Shown one piece after another: positions 24,563-38,379 of a stretch of 64,000 nt of DNA. Where the stretch lies: NCBI RefSeq assembly GCF_036321535.1, contig NC_087437.1, positions 42,100,001 through 42,164,000 of the forward strand, given 5' to 3'. The position numbers and the translations under genes are program-made. This stretch comes from Camelus dromedarius. Taxonomy: Eukaryota. Position 1 is the stretch's first letter; each line of letters opens with the position of its first letter. A model generated the notes under the pieces. It did no database searches, was not told where the DNA came from, and saw nothing but the letters and a program-made list of their open reading frames with translations.

Positions 24563-27500
24563 TTTTCCATCCTGTGTTTTTTGCTGCTTCTCTGCCCTGG
24601 ACTGTGGCCTCATAAGTTAAGTAAGGTCAGAGAAGTTGAGTGCTCGAATGGGAAACCTCCAAGGAAAACCCAGGTGCTGCAGGAAATGGTACTGGTGACT
24701 CAGTTGTTGGCCTCCTTCCCTTTGAATTTGAATTGAAAGTGTCCTGGCATGATGCTGGGAGGAAATATGCTGCAGCTCAGATGAAATGGAGAAGCTATGT
24801 CTGATGACCATTTATAATCAATAGGACCCACGATGGCCTAGTGACCACAAATGTGAAGTTGTTTATTTTGGGCCTTCTCCTGCCTTTCTCCTCCTTGCTC
24901 TCCCTCCATCTAGCCTTGTCCTCACTTCTGTCTTCCCCTTTCCTCTTTATATTCCCTCCTACCTTCTAATTCCTGCTGGTGTCCGCTCTGGTGAGCCTTC
25001 CCGGAGATTGCAGGTTAATTGACTCTCACCTGCTGTAGGCCTTTTGCCAACACAGGAATTCTTTTATATTCTGTGGCTTAGTATTCTTCAAAGAAGAGAA
25101 TAAAGAAATCCTGCAGGAAGTGTGAGCACACGAGGCTCTGGCTGTCCCTCTGAAACCTTCTGCTGGTGGTTTCTGGAGCCAGGTGCTCCTGGTACCAGGT
25201 CTGTTTGCAGCCTGGGCCCTCGTGGAGTACGGTGGGGCAGGAGAGTGAGGGGGGTTTGGCTGGAGTCACCTCCCCCGAAACCTATGGTCTCTCTGGCATC
25301 CAGAGTGTCGTAGAAACAAGCTTAAAAGGCAGGAGGAGAGTAGGGTTCACAAAAGTGCACATCGCTGCTTGGGAGGGAAACAGGTGCTACTCAGTCTCGA
25401 AGAAGCTCGTGTTTAGGAATCGCACCCGGCACCGTTTCTGCCCTGGCACCCGGTCTAAGAAACACGGCTTGGGGTGCGGTGGCCCCATCCACGTACATGC
25501 CACCACTAATGTCTGGGTGTCCCTGTACTTTTATTATAGTATAGCAGTACTGGCTAGAGTTCCCAGAACACTTCATTCTTTTGCTCAATTCTTAGTCACC
25601 ATTCCGATAACACAATTAGTGTAAAATTCTGAAGGTGTTAGTAAGGTAAGAGCACAGGGCATCAAGTCCTTCTGTCCAGTCTCTAGAAAAAGACTTTCGT
25701 GAATGAAAGAGCAGCAGCAGAGAGGCCGGTGAGTGCCCACCTTCACTGCTGCCCCAACGGGGAATGCTGGGCTGAGCTGACCGTGGGAAAAGCCGCCTTA
25801 ATCAATAGCTGACCGCTTGCTGGTCTCTGACAGGGAACAGAAGGCAGAAGTGTGAAGCACAGGGGGAGGCTGATACATCCTCTCTCCTAGGTTCATTGTC
25901 ATTCGTTCACGTCACTGTTGTCAGAGTTCACTTGGAAATTGCTCACTGATAGTTCTGCAGAAGGGTTAGATGCCTACTTTTCTCCATTAATAATTGCGCC
26001 TGGCCAATCCCTTAATGTTTCAGTCAGCTTAGGAAGTAACTGTGACTGTGAGATGGTCACAAGCCTAAAAATGGAACACACAGGTGTCCCTGGCTTTTCA
26101 GCTCTGGCCGTCAGTTTCAGTTTTCCCCTGAAATAGATCAGTTTTCATAACTTGGAAAGGTGTGTCCTTTCCTGGCCACATCCCCTTGTTGTGGTGACTT
26201 GGTTGAGTTGCAGTGTTTAGAACTTTGGGGCCTGAAGACTGGCCCTGCATTTTTGTAGATCTTTAGCCACCATGTCCTTCGGGAGACCCCACATCAGAAA
26301 AGCAGAAGGTCATTTTTAAGGCAGTTTCCTGCTTGACTACTGGATGAGTCGTTACTACATTTTAATTTCTTTCTGATCACAACGTATCCCACCGCATGTG
26401 TACATCCTAATTTACAAGTCGTGGTCATTCTGAAGCCTGGCAGAAGGCAGATCCAAAGCCTCCTGAGGGCTTCTTTCTTCTGCTGGATTTGAGTATGACA
26501 CCTGGTGCTGACTTTAAAAAAAAATTTTTTTTATGAATTAAGGTTTAGTTTAATACAGAATTATGAATAGGAGAAAAGTTCCTTTGCTTTTTAACAGTCA
26601 AACAATGCTTAGAGGCTCGATTTCTCAAGATGGTGCATCTTTGCCACAGTGGAAAACCTTGGGGTGGGGTGGGGTCCGGAAGGCGGAGGTAGTGCTTACA
26701 GTTCACTGCCCCGGGGCCACCACTGAGCTCGTCCGTCTGGCCTGCCCTTTCCCCTCCTTGGGCACCTTCCCAACTGAATTGGCCCCTCTGCTGCTTCTCG
26801 GATTGATGACACAGAGGTATCTAGGAGAGGTGGGAGTTCTTCTCTAAAAGCAGCTGAGCAGGGGAGGATTGGGGGTGTAGAAGTTTCCAGGGTAGGAAGG
26901 GGCTTTTATGGAAAAAGGATTAAGAACCTTTGAATTGACACATAAATGCCTGCCCAGTCTCTTTAAGGGATGGTGATCTGGCCTTTTCCTTGAAAATTTG
27001 AGTAAAAGGGCAAACTTCATAGTCAAAAAGAAACTTTATTTTCTATTTTAGGAAAGAAAAGTTCTGTGAAGGAAGTATTTATGGAAACTTGCTGTGAGTT
27101 CTACCCTTAGATACTGTTTTAACCTGTGCCGTACAGAAATGCTAACCGGTGCTACTGGAGCTAGTTATGCAGAGCAAGCTCCGTGCCCCTGAGATCTCGC
27201 GGTGAAAGTGTGGCGTGGATTCATGCGGATTTGTTCAGTGACGTGGTGTTCACCTCAAGAGACCTAGCTTAATAGTCTCTGCTTTGTCTCTGCCTAATCA
27301 AACAAATTATTTAACCCTCAAGTCTCAGCTTCTCCACTTGCAAAATCATACCTGTTACCTGACAGGTAGGTTAAGATTGAATGAGATAACTTGGGCAGCA
27401 ACAGATTCTGTGTAATGATTATTTCCAGTCACCCAAGCCCATGTTAAGATCTGGAGTAGGAAAAGTCAACAGTTACAGAAGGATTGTATGAAAGGAATAT

Positions 27501-30500
27501 GGCATTTTTTGGTCAGGAACTTAAACAGAAGTCCTGAGGTTAATGGCTCTGGTTTGAACTAAACAAAAACGGACATCAGTACTATATATAGATGTTAATT
27601 CGCCATTAGCATAGCTTCCAGACATGACATGTAGGGAATATACGAAAGAACCAGAAAAATAGCTTTGTGAGAATGTGATTAGTGGAGTTCCCAAGACTCT
27701 TCCTCACATGTGACTCAGCTAGCCCAAAAGGGAATTTCACATCTGGCTTTCCTGGTGACTAATGAGTGAACACAGCTGTAAAACACAGTAGACTGAGAAT
27801 ACGATAAATACTGCAGAAATCGAGGGACGTACACTTTGAAATAGAACAGAAAAGGCCAGCGGCAGGTAGAGCCCATACACCCCCAGGGGACCGTCACCAG
27901 GCAGGCCTGGCTCAGCAGCCCCGCTGCAGGACCCTGGAGCAGATACGGGCCCCAGACGGTCACTGTGTGGACGTGCAGTTCAGGAGCAGCCAAGCTAGCC
28001 CCATAGGAGGGGCCTGGTACCTGGTTTATTAGTCTGATTCCTGTTTAACTTAGGTGTTGGCTAGTTAGTATTGATCATCTTTCAGAAGGCTTCTCAGCAT
28101 GCGTGCATTTGCACAGGGCTCTTCTGGTTAGACAGCAGCCCTTCTGGGAGGGGCTGGAGCGTCAGCCAGCAGAGTGACAGTGGGTTCCCCAGAACGGACG
28201 CGGAGAGCCTCCCTGCGGGTTCTAGTTGCCGCTGTCTCTGGGGAGCCTTGCTGCCTGAGCTTGCATGGCATGTTGGTCCAGTGGGGAAAGCTGGGAAGGC
28301 CCGTTTCCATTCCCCAGCCCACCACCAATGCCTGGCTGGACGTTAGGAGAAATTGCCATTTGCCCGGGCCCTCTGAGCTCTTTTGCTCATTCTTGGGAAA
28401 TGTCCTTGTGGAGAGTGGGGTCCCAGGTTCGTTTTTCACTTGTCCATCAGAAGCAGTCCTTTACATAAATGCCAAATCAGTGACCTGGCAGAATGACAGT
28501 GTTTTGCCACATCACAGATCTCTGCTGCCATGTCCAAGGGCGGGTTTCTGAGAGCCAGGGGAATAGCTTTCTCCACTATAGCTCCTTTCAAAGGAGGCAA
28601 AGAAGGATTTAATACTCAGGTCCACAGGCATCAAAGCCCAAGCAGAGTTAAAAAGAGCCCTTTCTTTTAGGGACCCCAGCCCCAGGCACCTGCACACCTG
28701 AAGCAGATTCTCTCTGTGCTTTTTTTTTTTTTTTTAAACCATTTGTCACGTATGTACAGGATGGGCTTATTACATGCTTGGGCAGCAGACTTTGTGGGGC
28801 ACTTCCAGCTGAGGCTAAATTACAAATAGCCATGTTGGTCCTTGGCACCTGATTTATCAACTCATGTGTCATGCTTGTTGGTTGCCAGCCACAGGATGGC
28901 TGCCTTGGACGTTGGCTCTTGGTTCACTTATAAATTGTATAGACAGCCTGTTCTCAGATCGCTCTCTTGCTGCTCCTCTCCTTTCCCTTCACTCGGACAG
29001 TCTCAGCACATTAATCTTTTCAGAGCACCCGACATCAGGTGAACCTCCTCTGCATTTGGAGGGCTGTATAGGAACATTCTGTTTGTTTGTTTTAAACCAG
29101 AGGACCTGGTGATCATCCTTGGCTATTTGAGGTAGCCAAGCCTCTCCCACAAACATAGAAAACTAGTGTGCCAGGGGATAAAATGCGTGCAGTATTTATT
29201 TAGTAACATGCAGCCGCAAACTACTCCATTGCCTTTTCTTACCTTTGAAAGTCCCTGTGTGCCAGAGTGGTCAGTAAAATGAAAGAGGCATCACTGAGGG
29301 GAAAGTGAGGTTTGGCACAAGGAACTTTTGAATCCACCCACATGTGGAGTGCCTCCACCTCCCTGTTATGAACCCCTTCTTATATATGGTTATGCTGAAC
29401 ACATACATGCTCTTTTATTTCTCAGGCCAAGATTTATCTTTGATGTTGCCTAGGGTCGGCCAGTGCTGGAACAACTTCTAAATATAGATGTACTAGCAGA
29501 CTAAATCTTTGAGCCTGGCAGTAGTTCAGTTGGCCAGCGCAACCTTAGTTTTTATTTGATTTATCGTTGATGTTTCTGACAGGTTGAACTATGCTGTTAC
29601 AGAGAGTGCCCAGCCCAGAATCACTCAGCCCATGTCTGGATCCAGCTGACATGGGCCATGAGCACATGACAACTGATAACCAAATGCATGTTACTTGTTT
29701 AGCAGGCAGTTATCAAACCGGGTAAGAGCAGCTAGGGAAGCCCACAGGCACCGGCAGTGCAAGAACCTGTAAGAGAAATAGGTCAGTGGGAAGAGGCCAT
29801 AGATCAAGAACACATCAGGAAGAGTGCAAGTCACATGATCAAGGGGAGCTAGTTCACCATGGATTCTAGCTTCCTTGTGTTGGCCATTCTCATTTTCTTG
29901 TGCCAAGAAGAGGATCAGGAAGGATCATTTCCAATCTGTTAATTTGAAGGCAATTGACAATAGCTGTCAACTTCATCTATTAGTGCCAGTGTTGGAAATA
30001 CCAGCTTCCAAGACGGTTAGTGCCAGGATGACTGAAAGTGTTAGCCAGAGCAACCACATTCCCCCACACTCTGTAGAATTACTCGTGGCAGGAAAACACT
30101 GTGGCCTGAATTAGCTGGAATATGTATGAGCTGTATGTACAGAATTGGCCATGGGTGTGTTGTTTCTTAACAGGAAACCGACCCATTTTGAGGACTCGTC
30201 TTCCCAAGCGCTGAGGACAGCTTTATGGGGAAACTAAGTTAATAAAAAAGGAAAACTGACTTGAAAAAAACATTTTTGGTTTTCAGTTACATAGTTTTAC
30301 AAATTAATAATTACTTTAAAACACGTCTTTAAAATTAGTTGCATTTTATGAAATAAGTCAAATATTTTTCATATACCTAGATACCAGTTTTAATAGGCAG
30401 GTCCATCTGTAAATTGACTTCTCCGCTGGAACGTACATGTGTTTGTAAACAGAGAGGTGGAAGACTGATTATATGTGGAGGTCCTTGGAAAGGTTATTTA

Positions 30501-30974
30501 ATTTGCTCACTCCTGAGGCTTTGGGCTACGCCATGCCTAAATCATCCCCCCAAAGACTTGCGTATCTGTGTTTAAAGATCTCCCCACGGTTCCCTACAAC
30601 TTCTGGGATAACATTATTAAAAACCTCAGTTCAGTCTAAAATGTCACTCCGTAAGATGAAGTAACTACATTGACATTGATTAACAATTTTGGTTGATCTT
30701 TATCATCTAGGAATCTTGTTACACCTTTAGCTTCTAGAAATCATTTTTAAAATCTATTCAGAGAGGCCTTACTTTGTTGGATGGCTTTGAGGGAGAAATC
30801 ATGTGCTAAGCGCATGTAGAAAATAGAACTTTGTATTCAGGCATATGTTAAACTCTGGTTTTGTGTTCTAGCATGCTCCCTTACCTCCTGGCTATTAATA
30901 GTGCAGGAGGAATTTATAAAAGTTTACTGAAAAACTCCATATTTTAAACATATATGGACATCAGAATAGATGAG

Positions 30975-31437
30975 TGTAATATTACATAACAGATTACCTC
31001 AAAACTTACACCTTGGTTTTAACATAGTCACTTTGTTTTCTCATGGATTCTGGGTTGGGAATTTGAACAGGGCACTAGAGGACCAGCTAGTCTGTGTTCC
31101 ACAGTTTCTGGGACTTCAGCCGGGAGGGCTTATTGGGTGGAACCTTCTGGCAGGGTCTTCACTCACAAGTCCAGTGGGACCTTGTGCATCTCAGGCTCCC
31201 TGACAGCATGGTGACTTCAGGGGAGTCAGAATGGCAAGAATGAGTTTTCCCAGGAAAAGACAGAAACTTCCTCACCTTTTCAGATCTCGCCTTGGAAGTC
31301 ACAGAGCTTCATTTCCCCTCCATCCAGCAGTTACAGGAGAGTCTCCAGCCCACCCACATTCAAGGGAAAGGGCCATAGGCTCTTCACTGGATGGGGAAGT
31401 CAAGGAATGTGTGGACATGTTTAAAATCGTAACCATG
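30975..31437 (-). mobile_element. MaLR solo LTR (MLT1F/G/H-like)
   Basis: ataacagattacctcaaaactt...gccttggaagtcacag...cattcaagggaaagg...gaatgtgtggacatgtttaaaa. Confidence 0.8.
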
Positions 31438-33286
31438 TGACAGAAGGTTCTTTTGACTCTCTTAGTCCATTAATCTTTCTCCCCTTAATCTTTGTGTAGC
31501 ACATACAGTGTTTTAGGTCCTATGCCCTAAGATGATTAGATACAAGGTCAGGGACTTTGAAAGAACAGCATAACTCTTTTCCTGCCCCTGCTCTCCTCTG
31601 AGTGTTCTGGGAAGAGGGGAAGGAAGACAGACGTGCACCCAGAGATGCAGTGGTAGGCTGGGACTCAGATCTGTGGCCAGCGCTGTTCCACTAGCCAGCA
31701 GGGCGTGACTCAGTGGTGCTCGAACACAGCTCTTCTCAGTAAACAGATGGAGCAGATCACTGCTTCTCCCTTAGCTATAAGGAGAGGGAACCCATGAGAA
31801 AAACAGTATTCCTGCCAATTAATGTCTCTGTCTCAGTAGTCACACTTGAGAAGCAAGATCATGTATCCTGTTCTTTGGGTGACTCACCGGAAGTTAGCAG
31901 TGTTCCCTTTCCTTTGCCTTTTTTTTTTTTTTTTTTTGAGGGAATAATTAATATAGTTATACTCTTACTTAATAGCTAATTTTAATTTCTTAAACTATAC
32001 ATCAGAAAGAAAAATATTCAAGTAGGTAGTAAAAAGGCAAAAGATAAAATGAGAAAATAGAGAATATATTCCTTAAAGTATTTTAAACCTTTTATTTAAA
32101 ATTTATCCCCAAATTTCATTTGAAAGAGTGGAAAAAAATGTTTGATAAGGCGTTTTCCCCCTTAGGGGGAAAATATCTTTGTCCCTGAAGTTTATATTAA
32201 CACATCTTGAAAAATGTTTCCAAGGATGAGTCACTGTCTGCTGTGTAGCCACATGAGTTACATTTCACACACTCCCCAGACTGCCTGCTCTCCCCGCTGC
32301 CTTTCTGACATTGGGCGCTCCTATAGTCTGGCAGAAAGTTGGCACTCTTCAGAATTTAGCAGGAACTTTGTAGGGCCTTAAAAGAACATCTGGACTCTGA
32401 TTACTATTAGGACTTGTAACCAAACGTGTGACCCTTCTACAAGAGAGTGAGGATGAGGAGGGAGCAGGGGCAGATGCAGGTGGAGTGTGTACTGAGTGTT
32501 ATGAGGCTGGCTGGGACTTTGCCCCGAAGATGGTGCTACCCTTTAGTGTGTGTATCTAGAAGTGAAAAGAGGCACTTGTTTACCAAGGATCAGATTAATG
32601 AGACATCCAGACCAGGCCCAGTGAACTCTGTGTTATATAAATATATATAAATAAAAATAGTAATATAAAGATATAAATAGAGTTGCAGTGTCATCAGAGA
32701 GCTGGCTGCCTGAGACAGGCTGGGGGGAATGGACATTGAGCCGATCCATTGGGGTCTAGAATGTAGCTAATGTGCAGTGTGTCCTCGTTCAGTGGTAAGA
32801 CAGGTGATTGAGGCAGGGCAGGGAGCTCGGGACTGGGGAAGGACTGATGTGAAATACGCCACGTGATTCAGCTGCAGGGAAATCGAGTGCGTTTCTGGGG
32901 AGCACTTTTAACCAGAAGTGGAGGAGAAGTGCCCTGGGCGGGAGACAGTTCCATTTGTCTGATGGCCCAGGGTGTTGCATGGATGCTCTCAGGCTATGGC
33001 TGGGTGTAGGATGACAGCAGATTAGCCAGAACCGTGGATTCATTTGAGTGAGAAAAGGAAAAGAGCCAAAAAAGGAACCAGTGCTGGTTTCTAATGCCTC
33101 ACCCTACACCACAGTGAGCACCTTGAGGTCTGTCATCGCACGGTTGGTTTGTGCTCCCAAGATTTCTTCACGTTCTAGTGAAGATTAACTTTGTCCTTGA
33201 ATGAACTTAGTGTGTGCAGTAAGAAAAAAGGATTTGGGTCTGCCTGAGGTTATGAAGTGGAAACAAGTCAGGGAACCCTGAGAATC

Positions 33287-33319
<33 letters not shown>

Positions 33320-36300
33320 GGCTTGTGGACACTGGCAGTGGAATGTCCAGAGCATCACTGGGGGTTCTATGGCTTCACGACCAATGAGGTCAGGAGCCCA
33401 GTGGCTAGGTCTGCTCCAGAATGGTCAAGGATGTGGGCTTCCCGCCGCCTCTCACCTCTTTAACTGGGGGCAGTTTTCCTTCCTTACCTGGGAGAGCGGG
33501 AGCTCAGCTTAGGGAGGTGCTGAGCCTGATCACTCCTAGGCCCCATGTCCCTGCCCTCCCAAGGTGCAGAATGAGGGAGCTCCTGGGCGTCCATACTGCA
33601 GATCTTCCCTGGTAGACCAGCCAGCTCCACTGCCCTTTGAGCCCCTACTCTTACGTTCTTCTGTGTGACAGCCACCAGTGGCCTAGCAGCAGTAGCTGAC
33701 CAGGACAAGGCCTGGGCCATGGGTGTCCCTGCTGCCTATGTTCGAGCAGATTATTGATGACAGCAGGCCTACAAAGTGTCAAGAGATGACCCATTTCCAT
33801 TAGGACCACATTTTAGTAGCAAACTTTTCATGAAGCTGATTTTAAATTATTAAAAAGTAAGTTGCCTTTCCAAGCAAAGCTAGTAAGTCTCAGTAATCCT
33901 GTGTACTTTAAATTAGATTTTATTAGGAGAGGGAATAACATGCCATAGATTATAATATCTCAAAATCATTTGGTGCCACGCTATGTATCAAATATGGAAG
34001 TTGTGATTTACCATTTGTAAAACTTGACAGGAGTGGTTTGGACAGATTTAATTTCTGATAAACAATGATAAACATTCACGGTATCACTCCTGTCAGCTTC
34101 TCTGAATCTTTTAATCTTCCAAAGCATTATCTTTTTTTCTTTTTTAAACTCTATCCATTTCTGTCAACAAGAAGAACTGGATAATATTTTATTTATAAAT
34201 GCTATTTGCAACCCGGGATCCCACTTGGTTTACAAACAGATTCTTCACATCGCCCATGCCTTTGATCATGTACTTACTCTAATGCCTAAGCCTAAAGCCA
34301 TGCGAGAGCCAGGCAGGGTGACACGTGAGCCCCCCAGTGCTGGAACCCATGGCGTTCTCCAGCCGCACTTGCCGATCTCTCCACAGTAGATTACTTCTGC
34401 ACTGCAGTGACTTTTGTGAATATTAATTTTCTTTCTTCCTAGATACCCCTTTTATATTAAACTCCATGTCAAACACAGAAATTTTCTTTTATTAAAATCT
34501 TCTCATGTCTGAAATAATTTGTTAACCTACTTTCCCTTTTTTTTCTTTTTATACTCAGTGACTTCTAAAAATTCCAATAAACTTTACTTTTTAAACTCTA
34601 TGAAATATTTGTACAATCTTACCCCTTCAGACTCTACTGATTCTATTTCTAAAACTTGATTCTAAAGGTCCAATAACTCTGGGTCTTTCTCTGTGTTCTT
34701 GAGGTCCACACACATAGTAGTATATCTTGGAAGGTATTAAGATTGAAAATTTGGCATGATTTATCTAAACAAGTTATTTATTTAGCAATTGTTCTTGATC
34801 CTGAAGTAAAAAAAAAAAAATTTTAAGTGTTGGCAATACAGCAAAACATCTTGAAGATCACAGAATGCCCTTCTCCCAAATCTTTCGTGATCCCCCCCTG
34901 GTGCTGTGGCCTCTTAAAATAAAAGTCTTAATTCCTATCCTTGATGCCTTCCCATTCTTTTTTTCTCATTTAAACCACAGTCTGGTTTTCACCAAATTAA
35001 AGCAAATCAACCTAGTAAGGAACAGTCTGACTTTTATCTTTGGCTGAAGTTCTAAGCACCAGAAATGGGCAAATGAGACCAAACAAAGAAATAGGAAAAA
35101 TGAGGCATTGAAGGAGAGCCAACATTGGGTTTGGAATGGATGAGGCTTCTGTGGCGACAGGATGTGCCTTTCTTACACTGTTTACTCTGAGCTCAGAAAT
35201 AGAGGAGGAAAGAAGGTAGATCACGCTACTGCCTGAAATGGATACAGAATATACCAGGGCGTGCAGTGCACAGAGTGTAATCAGACTCTGGATGTAATTA
35301 TGCAAATGTATGCAGAAACGGTTTTTCTATGAATAAATTGTCTGCAGCAACCTTAACACTCAAGGTTAAAGTAAGCGTAAGGGCGTGATTTGCCAGCCAC
35401 TGAGTGACTTTGCTCAAGTAGCAGCTGAAAACCATGCTTTACTGCTCACCTTCCCACCTCCCTGCCCCCAGTTTTCCATTGTTGCACCTGAATGTACTTT
35501 GAACTCTTGATAACATGAACTTTGGATCTTAGACTGACAGGACTTCCACTCCCTTCCTTGGGAGGGAGAATCGGGAAGAGTCACTTGGAAAATGAATGTG
35601 GCATGGTGTTTTTAATCTGTTCGGCCTAGTGATACTTCAGACTAGTTGTGTGTTTATTTTTAATTAATCTTCACCTGGGATGTTTTTAGTAGTAAGCATT
35701 TGGAGACCTGCTTAAAGGAAGGAAATGCTTAAATTTGCTTAGGAGAAAAATGTACTTTCTTTGTTTTTTATGTAATAAATTGAGAACTTCAAACATATTC
35801 CTAAAAGTCCTGGGCCCAGCTGTCTGATTAGAATGCTAATAAGTAAGATTGATTCAGTGTTAGCATGTGGTTTTCTTTTGCATGAACACAGATAAAATAC
35901 TGTGGATTATGGGCATGAAATAGTCTAGAAAACTGCTGATACGAGTATTCCATGCCTCTGAGCAAGGCAGAGGGCAATTAAGTTTTTTTTTCCCCCTAAG
36001 ATCTATTAAGAGAACCCACTGGAGTGTTTTCTTTTTACTCCAAGGGATTTAAAGCATCATGTAAGGCTAGGAATGCATTAAAGATATATTTCCAGCCTCA
36101 TAAGAAACTTAAGAATGGCTGTAATACATATAGATGAATTCAGCTGATGTTTCTAGTGCTTATCATTCAGTTCAGCTCTGCAAGCCTTGATTGAACTCCC
36201 AGATCGTCCAAAGCACTGCTGTGAGGAGACCAGATGTGGACAAGATGAGTCAAAGGCATGTGCCCAATATTCTGGGATGAGTAAACAAGCAGCTCACCAG

Positions 36301-36801
36301 CCGGAATGGACATGTGTGGCGCTGGGGGCCACGGCCAGGCAGGAGAGGAGAGAGAAGACCAGGGGGGACTTTCTGTGGCTTGTGGAGCTGCGCAGACTGG
36401 TCCTCAGGTGCTGGGCCATCTGGGGCAGGCCGTGCTGGTCCAAAGCTAGTGACTCTGTGAGGCTGCAGACTTACTCTTACGGGTCAGGATGGGCAGTTTG
36501 ATCAAATGAGGAAGATCTGAGAAACTGTGATCCCTAACGAGGATTGCCTTGTGACTGAAAGGGCCTTTTTTATTCTGCTAAGCAAAGGCCGCTTTAGAGA
36601 CGCCACGAGTAGTTATTACCCTTCTCAGTTAGAGAATTTTCTGTAGTGCCTTTACGTTAAGGATGACATTTCATCGTAGACCACTTTCCTTCTCTTGGTT
36701 TTGTTCATCCAAACTAGGAAATTAAATAGTTACTCAAAATGCTCCTTCATGTTCTCATTATTTTTAAAATGTATGAGCTTTGTTTCACTGTTTTCTTTTA
36801 G

Positions 36802-36926
36802 GGGAAAAGAAACAGTGGCTTCAGACAGTGCTTCTTTGGGAGCCAAAAGCACTGCAAGTTGACAAAGCTTTGTCCGGCAATGGGGTACACATTCAGGCTG
36901 GCTGCTCGGAATGACATTGGCACCAG
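36802..36926 (+). CDS. FNDC3B: FNDC3B exon F (125 nt): GKRNSGFRQCFFGSQKHCKLTKLCPAMGYTFRLAARNDIGT(S)
   Basis: cttttag acceptor; AG|gtaagg donor; translated by hand, frame continuous. Confidence 0.97.
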
Positions 36927-38073
36927 GTAAGGCGCTTCCTTGTCCTCATGCCTTTAAGTGTCTGTGTGGCGTTCCTGAGTCTTCCTCTCACGTGGCTGAA
37001 AGGCCGGGGATGCCTCCTGCCTCCTTGCTGAACCAGTTGGAGATTTTCCAAAAGGGAATCCTAATCAGAGGCTAGAAGGCCCGTGGCCTCTTTGCAGTGT
37101 TGCAGGCTGTAATGCAAAGGCCCACTAGGGGCCTCTGAGACTCAAGAGGAAGGTAACTATGGATTTTGAAAGGAATCCTCTGGGGGCTTTATTTTTTCAG
37201 ATCATGTGCCATTTTCTTTCATCACTTTAGCAAGCTACTCATTGAGTTGCCTTTTTCAATTATGTGTGAGTGTTTCCTGATACAAAGAAAGAGGTGCTGG
37301 GCCATCCATTGTTGTCAGCCCCCAGCAGATACTCACAGGACTGGAGGATCAAATCTGGACCATGCGGGCACACGGCTTGCCTCCAAGCTGCTAGAGAAAA
37401 GCGAGAACAAGTTTATGGTGAAGCATCAATGGATTAAAGATGCTTTGAAAAGACCGTATTTCAGTGGCACTTCCTGGGTAACTCTTGATTAAGGGAAAAA
37501 CCTTTTTCTTTCATCACTGCTTGTTGAAAATCTTCTTAGAGGTTCGGCACATCATTGGTCTCAACCTTTTTTTCCAGCCTAAGAAACTTCTAAACATCAC
37601 AGGGTTTTCAGCTCTCCTTTCCTACCCATGATAACCGTTGTATTTTTAGAGTCCTCTAGTTGAAAAGTTACAATGATAAAGGCTTCTCCAGTTCAAGAAT
37701 TTGTAAATGAACTAGAAGCATCCACAAACTTTTGGAAAATAGCACTATATATATTTGTAAAAGCTTTATTCTATCAAGGGATAGTTATTTCTGCTGGGTG
37801 CTTTTGCGGGGGAAATAAACTTAAGTATATTGGCCTATAACAGTGTGTGCTTTTCTAGTAGCAGAATAAAGGGGGGAATTGGGCAAACTGAAGTCCAGGT
37901 GGGGAGTATCACACAAGGGATCCTTGCCTGCCTTTGCTCGCTGAACCTGTCAGGCCCTAGACCTTCCAACCCCAGCAAGCTGCGCAAGTAGGTGGGTTTA
38001 TCCCTGCTCTTTTGAAATGCCGAGACTCCTCCCAGGCTCCTGAATGTGTCACGCCAGGTCTTTTTCTCTCCAG

Positions 38074-38248
38074 TGGGTATAGTCAAGAGGTGGTCTGCTA
38101 CACGCTGGGAAACATTCCTCAGATGCCCTCTGCACCAAGACTTGTTCGCGCTGGAGTCACATGGGTCACACTGCAGTGGAATAAACCAGAAGGTTGTTCA
38201 CCTGAGGAAGTAATCACCTACACCTTGGAAATCCAGGAAGATGAAAAT
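38074..38248 (+). CDS. FNDC3B: FNDC3B exon G (175 nt): GYSQEVVCYTLGNIPQMPSAPRLV...LEIQEDEN
   Basis: ctctccag acceptor; AAT|gtaagt donor; within ORF 38012..38452. Confidence 0.97.
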
Positions 38249-38379
38249 GTAAGTTTGGCACATTTTATATCCTTGTGTGTGTTCTGTAAAGTCAGTTTGA
38301 TCATAACTACAGGGTGCACCGTGAAATTAGATTTGCTACCTAAATTTGATACCAAACGTTTAATTTCTACTACTGCAAC

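Noticed and set aside
25166..25624. 152-aa intronic ORF and other 60-140 aa ORFs in the track
   Set aside because: No recognisable domains or splice context; consistent with random ORFs in GC-richer intron or repeat sequence.
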